Positions 7,291 to 14,023 of a stretch of 14,023 nucleotides of DNA are shown here, piece after piece. Position numbers and translations under genes: made by a program. Numbering within the stretch: the first letter of the stretch is position 1; the number at the start of each line of letters is the position of its first letter. The notes under the pieces were generated by a model. That model was given only the letters and a program-made list of their open reading frames with translations. It was not told where the DNA came from and did not search any database. The stretch is from a virus (taxonomy: Duplodnaviria > Heunggongvirae > Uroviricota > Caudoviricetes), in the IMG/VR virus record IMGVR_UViG_3300020576_002722, positions 64,001 through 78,023 of that record. One strand, written 5' to 3'.

Positions 7291-7298
7291 TACCTTTG
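7291..7298 (+). promoter_or_regulatory. Internal Bacteroidota-type -7 promoter element (TACCTTTG) for the scaffold and capsid genes
   Basis: Located in the 32-nt AT-rich gap after the portal stop, ending 7 nt before the ATG at 7306. Confidence 0.75.
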
Positions 7299-7305
7299 AA
7301 CCCGC

Positions 7306-8442
7306 ATGTCAGAAACATCAACACCCGTAGCTCAGGCAGGCCGTGACGTCATGGCCGTTGCTCTTGGGCTTGCGAAGACGGCCCAACCCGCTCCACAAGC
7401 GGAGGCTGCACCAGTGAAGACAGAGGCTGCCGATCTGGTGGTTGCCAGCACACAAGAGGCCGCTCCAGTCAAGGCCGCCATCGATTCCCAGGCCACCACT
7501 GATCCGGTGGTAAGTCCGGCCGCCTCGTGGCTCGACGCACTGGCACCTGAAGCCACCAAAACAGAGGCCGCCGTGGCTTCCATCTGGGACGATAAGGCGA
7601 AGAACGCGTTCAAGGAAACCTTTGGCCACGAGGATCCGATGGCCTTCAAGGAGCAGTACACCAAGACGGCGCAGGAGCTTGAGCTTCTGAAGCCCGAACT
7701 GGAGCCGCTGCGCAACATCAAGAAGTTCGTCGACGGACTGTCCCCCGTGATGGCAGAGGCGCTCGCCTTGTATCAGCAAGGAAAGGACCCGATCGAGTAC
7801 CTGGCAAGCCTTCCGAAGGCTGTGGCGTTCGATCGCCCGGTGGCCGATGTTCCTGCAAGGGAGCTGATCGATCACTACTTCAAAGGCAAGGTGCCACCGG
7901 AGGACTGGAATCGACTCGGAGATCCCGATGTCGATCCAGCCATCAAGGACGCCATCAAGGACAAGATCGGAATCTACGAGGGATCCGCAAGGGAACTCTA
8001 TGTCCGCGACCTTGAGAAGCCGAAGGTGGCCGCACAGGAGCGCGAGAAGGCGCACCGCGAAGCGCAGGCCGCGTACGACCGTTCCATCACCGACAACGTG
8101 GTGGCCGCAAAGAAATCCACTGTTGCCCCTCTTATCGATCAAGGTACCATTGATCGCTTCAAGAACGGGGATCTCGTCAAGAAGTTCCTGTACCTGGACG
8201 ATGGCGTCACTATCCGTCCGGAGCTGCTCACAGACATCGTATGGGCCCAAAACCGCATCGCGGTAGAGGAGCGCCTGAGGAAGTCGGTGAGTGCATCCGC
8301 GAAGAGTGAGGGCATGGCCGAGGCTACACAAAGGCTTCCGAACGGACCTCTTGGCAGCGGACGGGTCGTTACTCAGGCTGACGCAGAAAAGCCCGACCTG
8401 GCAAGGCAGATCATTGCCCGAGCCACCGGAGTCAAAGCATAA
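7306..8442 (+). CDS. Capsid scaffolding/assembly-like protein
   Basis: 378 aa directly before the MCP. Ala/Pro/Thr low-complexity N-terminus (EAAPVK repeated), charged coiled-coil middle, short C-terminal helix. Confidence 0.65.
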   Translation: MSETSTPVAQAGRDVMAVALGLAKTAQPAPQAEAAPVKTEAADLVVASTQEAAPVKAAIDSQATTDPVVSPAASWLDALAPEATKTEAAVASIWDDKAKNAFKETFGHEDPMAFKEQYTKTAQELELLKPELEPLRNIKKFVDGLSPVMAEALALYQQGKDPIEYLASLPKAVAFDRPVADVPARELIDHYFKGKVPPEDWNRLGDPDVDPAIKDAIKDKIGIYEGSARELYVRDLEKPKVAAQEREKAHREAQAAYDRSITDNVVAAKKSTVAPLIDQGTIDRFKNGDLVKKFLYLDDGVTIRPELLTDIVWAQNRIAVEERLRKSVSASAKSEGMAEATQRLPNGPLGSGRVVTQADAEKPDLARQIIARATGVKA

Positions 8443-8468
8443 CAACAACGAAATACCCTTAGGCTACT

Positions 8469-9776
8469 ATGCCCGCACCAACTTACGTCGAGAACATCAA
8501 TAACGCACCGTATGGTCTCGCCAATACCAACGCCCCCGGATCCCCTTACGCTGCTGCGTTCGGCCGGGGCACCACTTCGCACCTGAAGCTGGCGGTTGAC
8601 CCGATCATCTTCGACGCGCAACCCCAACAGTTCCTCGACCTCCAATTCCTGATGGCCTTCGCCAGCGCCGACCAGCCTGGTGACGAGATCATCTGGAAGG
8701 AAGACATCTGGGGCCGCACCCCACTGGCAACGCGTGCCGCGTTCGCCAACGTGGCCCCGTCTCCTGGCGTAACTGTGACGGGTACGATCCCTATCACGGC
8801 AGCCAGCCTGAGCTACGTGTTCCCGAACCAGGTGATCTACTACCGCGACGACAACGGTGTCGACGTGCAGGCTTACGTGATGAGCGTAACCAGCACCCCC
8901 GGCGCTGAAGCGATCCTCGTTCGCTCGCTCGTAGGAAAAGGTCTCGGCCCCCTCGCTACCGTGGGCAGCGTGATCACCAACGGCATGACCGGTGGTGCCG
9001 ACGGCCAGAGCTACTTCAGCCAGCCGACCAGGACCCAGACCATCGACAGGACGAACCTGATGGAGAAGATCGGTCCCGAGGAGAAGATCTGGAACCACCT
9101 GGAGCGTATCAAGTTCAAGAACTTGTCGCAGACCAACTACATGGACGTCGACATGCGCAACATGCTGCGCCAGTTGAAGGTGTCCATCTGTCAGCGTATC
9201 TGGCTGGGCCAGTACGGTGAGACCCTCCTGAGCCAGGGCGAGATCGCCAAGGCCACCCAGGGCATCGTGCCGGCGATCATCGCCAACGGTGGAGCAGTGC
9301 TGAACTCGACGATGGCCACCGTGTGGGACGACCTGACGGCCGGTATCTTCGCCACGAACTTCGGTTCGACGACGAACCACCGCATCGTGTTCGGTACCCC
9401 CGAGATGCTGCACGCGATGAACGTGAAGCAGAAGGCCGAGTTCGTGCGTTACGCGAGCGGCGACAAGGTGTTCGACCTCGACTTCGAGGTGTGGCGCTTC
9501 GGTGGCCAGGTGTTGACCCTGGTGCCTGTGCAGATCTGGAACGATCCTGCCAGCTTCCCGGAACACTGGAGCCGTAGGTTGGTCGTGTTGCAGGCCGAGA
9601 GCGTGAAGCTCGTGACCATGCAAGGTGTGCCAATGATGGAGCAAGGTCTCACGACCCAGAGCCGTACGAACATCACCCCGAGTGAGATCTACGACTTCGA
9701 GCGCTACTTCTGCCAGGCGTTCCTCGGAACGATGACGCAGAACGCCGCGATGAGCTTCATCATCGACGTCGCCTAA
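8469..9776 (+). CDS. Major capsid protein (HK97 fold inferred)
   Basis: 435 aa with the strongest codon bias in the window. It follows the scaffold and is followed by a strong hairpin. Contains E-loop-like DEIIWKED and TQTIDRTN segments and a terminal beta-strand (MSFIIDVA). Confidence 0.85.
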   Translation: MPAPTYVENINNAPYGLANTNAPGSPYAAAFGRGTTSHLKLAVDPIIFDAQPQQFLDLQFLMAFASADQPGDEIIWKEDIWGRTPLATRAAFANVAPSPGVTVTGTIPITAASLSYVFPNQVIYYRDDNGVDVQAYVMSVTSTPGAEAILVRSLVGKGLGPLATVGSVITNGMTGGADGQSYFSQPTRTQTIDRTNLMEKIGPEEKIWNHLERIKFKNLSQTNYMDVDMRNMLRQLKVSICQRIWLGQYGETLLSQGEIAKATQGIVPAIIANGGAVLNSTMATVWDDLTAGIFATNFGSTTNHRIVFGTPEMLHAMNVKQKAEFVRYASGDKVFDLDFEVWRFGGQVLTLVPVQIWNDPASFPEHWSRRLVVLQAESVKLVTMQGVPMMEQGLTTQSRTNITPSEIYDFERYFCQAFLGTMTQNAAMSFIIDVA

Positions 9777-9789
9777 GAGAGAACAACGC

Positions 9790-9828
9790 GGTGATCCCCC
9801 GGACAGATGCGTCCGGGGGATACCTTTT
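9790..9828 (+). terminator. Intrinsic terminator/attenuator after the capsid gene
   Basis: Perfect 11-bp stem ATCCCCCGGAC (9794-9804) / GTCCGGGGGAT (9811-9821) with a 6-nt loop. Extendable by GGT/ACC and followed by TTTT. Confidence 0.75.
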
Positions 9829-9854
9829 CAGACACACATACAGAAAGCAGGAAG

Positions 9855-10652
9855 ATGGCAGAGGAAAGCAAAGACAAGATGTTCGAGGCCAGGATGGCCG
9901 GACTACGCAAGAAGGCTGACACATTGGGTGTCATGTATACGGACGAGACCGAAGAGTCCTCGTTGAGGTTGGCGATCAAGGAAGCTGAGGCTCCTCGATC
10001 GGCACCCCCGGCGGCTCAGTCGTCCCTTGGAGTGAACGATCTCGGTGAGATCCTGAAGGCGGTGAAGCAGTCGCTCGCCCCCGAGCAGAACCCTAGCGGT
10101 ATCGTGTCCGAGCGGGACATGGATCCGAATGACGAGACCGAGGAGCGGATCTACTTCCACCCGGCCCTGTTCTGGAAGCTGCCCATGAAGCGCGTGGGTG
10201 GCCAGATGGTGAAGCCTCCGTTCGGAGACCTCATGTTCAAGCGTGAGTACGGCAGCGCTGTACGTAACGGAAACCAGAACAACACCAGGTACCTGTGTGC
10301 CCTCCGCACCAAGAGCAAGCGCGAGATCGCCTACATCGAAACGCATCCGCAGTTCGGTCGCTCCTTCTTCACCTCGCACACGCAGGCTGAAGCCATGAGC
10401 ACCAAGGCCCGCCGTGGCATCGTCTTCGGCAGGTACATGAACTCGCTGATCAACACACCGTCCACGGAGATCTACCGCATGGCCGGCGAAATGAAGCTGT
10501 CCACTGGACTGACCGAAGACCTGGCAACGCTGCGCACGCGCATCGCTGACGCGCTCACCGATCGGGACTACGATCAGATCGAGAAGCAGGAAGCCAATCT
10601 GTTGGCCCAGAGCGGAAAGAAGTCACTGCTGACAACGGCCGATAACTCGTAA
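9855..10652 (+). CDS. Hypothetical (possibly virion-associated) protein downstream of the MCP
   Basis: The ORF-track ATG at 9807 lies in the terminator loop. The in-frame ATG at 9855 (MAEESKDKMF...) has a purine/A-rich upstream region and is the likelier start, giving 265 aa. Confidence 0.8.
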   Translation: MAEESKDKMFEARMAGLRKKADTLGVMYTDETEESSLRLAIKEAEAPRSAPPAAQSSLGVNDLGEILKAVKQSLAPEQNPSGIVSERDMDPNDETEERIYFHPALFWKLPMKRVGGQMVKPPFGDLMFKREYGSAVRNGNQNNTRYLCALRTKSKREIAYIETHPQFGRSFFTSHTQAEAMSTKARRGIVFGRYMNSLINTPSTEIYRMAGEMKLSTGLTEDLATLRTRIADALTDRDYDQIEKQEANLLAQSGKKSLLTTADNS

Positions 10653-10654
10653 GC

Positions 10655-11452
10655 ATGATCCCATACCAACAGCTGGCGGATCTCATCCTGTCGGGTGTAG
10701 GTGTGGACGCCGAAGGAAGCGGTCGATACCGACCCGATAACGACATCATCCCGGCCATCAACTCGGCCGTATCCAGATCGGTGTACGCTGGCAACTACAT
10801 GCTGGCCAACCGGAAGGAGAGCGAGATGATGATGAGCGAACTCCAAGAGACACGCATCATCCAGAGCAACAGCCTGGGTGGCGTGGCCCTTGACGGGATC
10901 ATCACGTCAGCACTTGTTCCGTACGACAAGCAGATCTGGACCGTACTCGGTTTCATCGCCGAGCCGGCCACCAATATCCCTGGCGTCGTTCTCGGTCCAA
11001 CAGAGAGCACGATCCTGAGGACTGATCTCGCGTACCGGCCAGGCGGCGAAAATGAGCGCCCGGTCAAGAGGGTAACCATCGAGCAGGTAGCGAGGCTGCG
11101 CAACGACATGGAGATGCCAGGCAACGAGGTTCTCGCCGGAGGCCCCATGCGCGAGTACGCATACTGCATGGTGGGAGACAGGACCGACAGCGACTCTGTG
11201 ATATCCGGAAGTCGAGAGGTGATCTTGCTGCCGAACAGCATCTCTTCGAGGAAGCTGTTCGCCATGAGCTACCTGAGGATGCCGCAACAGATCACCACGA
11301 CCACCGAGTCGATCGATATGCCGCTCTCCTCACTCAGGATCCTGGCTGACTGGGCCCTTGAGTATCTGTCCTGGAAGCAGGGCGACGGAACAACCCTGAA
11401 CATCGTGGCCTCGAAGGACGCTGCGCAACTGTTCAACATGACAGCGAACTGA
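10655..11452 (+). CDS. Head-tail adaptor / tail ring-like protein 1
   Basis: 265 aa. N-terminal amphipathic helices (YQQLADLIL..IIPAINSAV), beta-rich middle, C-terminal helix pair (LRILADWALEYL), the pattern of podoviral adaptor/ring proteins. Synteny supports it. Confidence 0.6.
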   Translation: MIPYQQLADLILSGVGVDAEGSGRYRPDNDIIPAINSAVSRSVYAGNYMLANRKESEMMMSELQETRIIQSNSLGGVALDGIITSALVPYDKQIWTVLGFIAEPATNIPGVVLGPTESTILRTDLAYRPGGENERPVKRVTIEQVARLRNDMEMPGNEVLAGGPMREYAYCMVGDRTDSDSVISGSREVILLPNSISSRKLFAMSYLRMPQQITTTTESIDMPLSSLRILADWALEYLSWKQGDGTTLNIVASKDAAQLFNMTAN

Positions 11453-12186
11453 TGCCAACACTCAAGCAGGTAGCATACGACGTCATGAACCAGATGGGGT
11501 ACAACCATGACGACGCATCGCGTTCGCTCGTGGCCGTTATGTACAACGTCAAGGTCTGCATCGACAAGCTGAAGGGTGACGACTTGAAGAGGAATCTCAG
11601 GTCCAGCGATCAGCTCGCCATGCAGGAGGATCTGTCCATCTGGACGGTAGACCTGTTCACGCAGGACGATCGCGGATGGAGGTACTTCGACTTGCCGGGG
11701 CTCGTGTACTCGCTCCAGAGGGATGGCGGTATCGCCGCGATCAACTACTACCGCCTCGATCTTCCGCCGAATTGCCCGCCACAGGTGGCCAGGGTGCAGT
11801 ATCGGCCAGTTGCCTTGTCGTGGCTCAACAACATCTGGAACAGCCGTTGGCAGTTCGTGAGCAAGGAGCAGCCGGTATACGCCAGGGCTATGCACAACGG
11901 CATCTACAGGGTGTACGTGTTCGGTCAGGACGAAGCTATCGACCAGCTTGAGGTTGAGCTGTTCTTGGCTGTACCGAGATTCGAGGATATCAATCCGGAC
12001 GAGCTGATCGAGTTCCCAGAGAACAGGATGCACACGCTCAAGCGTATGGTCATCGAGCTGGAGCGCTGGTCGCTGTCGGTACCGCAGGATCGACTAAAGA
12101 ACGACGGGCGCGATTTCGAGCCCAACCAGATCACAAGGACGCCGCCTCTGACAAGCGTGAACGATCCCATAAACTCCGATGACTGA
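11452..12186 (+). CDS. Tail ring/adaptor-like protein 2
   Basis: 244 aa, TGATG-coupled to the previous gene. Same helix-beta-helix layout (MPTLKQVAYDVMNQM...LKRMVIELE). Confidence 0.55.
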   Translation: MPTLKQVAYDVMNQMGYNHDDASRSLVAVMYNVKVCIDKLKGDDLKRNLRSSDQLAMQEDLSIWTVDLFTQDDRGWRYFDLPGLVYSLQRDGGIAAINYYRLDLPPNCPPQVARVQYRPVALSWLNNIWNSRWQFVSKEQPVYARAMHNGIYRVYVFGQDEAIDQLEVELFLAVPRFEDINPDELIEFPENRMHTLKRMVIELERWSLSVPQDRLKNDGRDFEPNQITRTPPLTSVNDPINSDD

Positions 12187-12938
12187 TGTCAGCACAAAGC
12201 GCAACGGTGCCCGTATCGGACATCATTCTCGACGCCTCTCAGGCGCTCAGGGATGACGACTGTCGCAAGGCTGGAGGGAAGCCATTCTATATGGCGCAGG
12301 CTTACAGGGCTGTCCGCAAGATGGGATTCGACACCCTGTTCGATACCAGGAGGACCGACATCGACATCACTGGTCTCGTGCTGGATCTTCCGGCCGGCTG
12401 CATAGGTCTGGTTGACCTGTTCCTGTTCAGCGGAGACGCCTGCGACATGGCTCACGCCAGGCACGTAAGGATCAAGCCCAACATGTACAACCGTGGGGGA
12501 TCCGGATTCTTGTCCAGGAACATGTGGAGGAACGAGGATATCCTGCAATGGAATGCTGGATGGTCGTGCGCTCCGCCGCGTCACCTGTACTTCGCAGGCA
12601 CCGACGACAAGAAGATCTACCTATCTGCATCGTGCCTCCAGTACGAGAAGCTGCATGTGGTATACTCTGGACTCGGCGTGGACGAGATGGGCAAGAGCTT
12701 CAATGTCCCCGAGTGGATGGCAGAAGCGGTCACCCACTTCATCCAGCTGAAGGTTGCCGAGAGGTTGCTTCAGGACAACATGCAGTTCTACCGCGACTGG
12801 ATCAGCCGCATGAACTCAGAGCTGAACGTGAACAACACGTCTGGTAGCTGGCATCAGGCGAGGACCTACTTCGGTCGCATGGACAAGAAGACAAGGGCTG
12901 ACATGATCCAATACATGACGCGACCGTCACCACGATAA
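12186..12938 (+). CDS. Tail ring/adaptor-like protein 3
   Basis: 250 aa, TGATG-coupled. Same layout (VSDIILDASQAL...VPEWMAEAVTHFIQLK). Confidence 0.55.
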   Translation: MSAQSATVPVSDIILDASQALRDDDCRKAGGKPFYMAQAYRAVRKMGFDTLFDTRRTDIDITGLVLDLPAGCIGLVDLFLFSGDACDMAHARHVRIKPNMYNRGGSGFLSRNMWRNEDILQWNAGWSCAPPRHLYFAGTDDKKIYLSASCLQYEKLHVVYSGLGVDEMGKSFNVPEWMAEAVTHFIQLKVAERLLQDNMQFYRDWISRMNSELNVNNTSGSWHQARTYFGRMDKKTRADMIQYMTRPSPR

Positions 12939-14023
12939 TGCCGAAATTCCTGCGCTTCCCGTGGCTGATACGGTTCTTCACCAAGGGCATCATCAATGAT
13001 CTGCTGAAGGACAACCTTCCGGAGGGGTACTACACCGGAGCGTCCAACATGCGCCCGGTGACCATGACCGGTGACACCGGAGCCATTCAGGCGATCGCCG
13101 GCGAACAGATCCTGTATCCGCAGTCTCCTGGACCCCTGTACGTGTGCATTGGAACGGCATCGATAAACGGACACGTTGTCGAGTTCTGGGCATCTCAGCA
13201 GGCCGGACAGCCGGTGATCATCAGGATCGATGGCATCGTCATGGTATCGTCCGCTCTGATACCGTACGTGTTCAATCGCCCCCTTCAGATCGCGGTCGTT
13301 GAGCACTGCGCATCCAAGGGTGTACTGTTTCCGGCAGACCACAAGTCGCCGCCGCTGTACTGGGACATCGGCAAGATCATCGATGCGTTCAACTCTGGAT
13401 CGCAGGAGTTCTTCGGGAACTTCACGGTCGACAGTGTACTCGTAGCCCTGTCGGCTCACGCGCACTTCTTCGTGTTCATGGGTGACGGCATCGTTGACGT
13501 TGGACCAGGAGGAGGACTTCCGGTGGGCAACTACTCGTACGCTCCAAGGTACAGGACCGTCCAGGGGGACGTTACCAACTGGGGTCCAGAGACCACTTAC
13601 ATCCCTGTTCCGTTCAACTACGATCCGGTCACCTATCCTGTGTCCGCGTATCCTGGAGGAAAGACGGTTGGTGGGCCGGCGAACAACGCACTGCCGACCA
13701 GGTATGGAGTGAAGATGCGTATCCGCATCGACAACATCCAGGGATTTTCTGAGCTTGAGATCAAGCGCAGGCGTGTAACGGACGGCGCTCCGCTCGGCAC
13801 GCCTGCACTTGAAGAGGTGATCGCGAGGATACCTATATCGCCAAATCAATTCGGTGTCGTAGAGTTCATCGATCCTGTCAACAGTAACCTGCTTGAGGTT
13901 CTCGGGCCAGACGAGCCGCAGATCCAGAACCTGGATATCGATGCCCCCAAGGGTGTCGAGTACGCCGACAAGCGTCTGCTGTACGCGAACTTCATGACGC
14001 CATCGAAGATCGCTGATCTCCAG
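12938..14023 (+). CDS. Tail muzzle / stabilisation protein (crAss-like, P22 gp10-like role), N-terminal part; continues past the right edge
   Basis: Not in the ORF track. Hand translation from the ATG in TAATG gives 362 codons with no stop: MPKFLRFPWLIRFFTKGIINDLLKDNLPEGYYTGASNMR..TGAIQAIAG..GNYSYAPRYRTVQGDVTNW..KGVEYADKRLLYANF. This resembles the F-x-x-G-x-x-x-D...Y-x-x-A-x-N-x-R start of crAss-like stabilisation proteins as I recall it. Confidence 0.7.
   Translation, partial: MPKFLRFPWLIRFFTKGIINDLLKDNLPEGYYTGASNMRPVTMTGDTGAIQAIAGEQILYPQSPGPLYVCIGTASINGHVVEFWASQQAGQPVIIRIDGIVMVSSALIPYVFNRPLQIAVVEHCASKGVLFPADHKSPPLYWDIGKIIDAFNSGSQEFFGNFTVDSVLVALSAHAHFFVFMGDGIVDVGPGGGLPVGNYSYAPRYRTVQGDVTNWGPETTYIPVPFNYDPVTYPVSAYPGGKTVGGPANNALPTRYGVKMRIRIDNIQGFSELEIKRRRVTDGAPLGTPALEEVIARIPISPNQFGVVEFIDPVNSNLLEVLGPDEPQIQNLDIDAPKGVEYADKRLLYANFMTPSKIADLQ

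Noticed and set aside
7390-7580. Short repeats in the scaffold N-terminus (EAAPVK, KTEAA)
   Set aside because: Ordinary low-complexity linker with degenerate codons; not a CRISPR array or DNA repeat element.
2059-9644. Long minus-strand ORFs (2059-3540, 7318-8448, 8373-9644 and others)
   Set aside because: Expected antisense shadows of GC3-biased genes; they are His/Leu/Arg-rich and show no motifs.
9807-9854. 16-aa N-terminal extension of the post-capsid ORF
   Set aside because: Its ATG lies in the loop of the terminator hairpin; ATG 9855 is the more plausible start.
1-14023. Stop-codon reassignment as known in some Crassvirales
   Set aside because: Genes are full length in code 11, and TAA, TGA and TAG each end plausible genes, several with coupled downstream starts.

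Overview
This window is part of a tailed dsDNA phage genome (roughly 55-62% GC by eye, standard genetic code) and spans a strand switch. The left end (1-1395) holds small accessory genes: a partial ribose-phosphate pyrophosphokinase-family gene on the minus strand (absent from the ORF track because it runs off the edge), an HTH regulator, two hypothetical genes and a DUF551-like gene. A ~600-bp non-coding interval rich in inverted repeats follows (1396-1989). The rest is a compact plus-strand virion module: terminase large subunit, hypothetical, portal, scaffold-like protein, major capsid protein, terminator, hypothetical, three ~250-aa ring/adaptor-like proteins and a partial muzzle/tail-stabilisation protein. 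This layout resembles crAss-like (Crassvirales-related) podoviruses. Five copies of the Bacteroidota -7 promoter element TAnnTTTG lie 5-8 nt before a start codon or candidate start, which points to a Bacteroidota host and leaderless or near-leaderless mRNAs. The best leads are: (1) a prs/Adps-like gene that may belong to an NAD+-reconstitution anti-defence pathway; (2) a promoter-driven, pseudoknot-like ~400-nt structured RNA or leader; (3) a probable leaderless ATC start for the terminase; (4) a high-GC crAss-like lineage. Protein assignments come from motif recall and synteny, not database searches.
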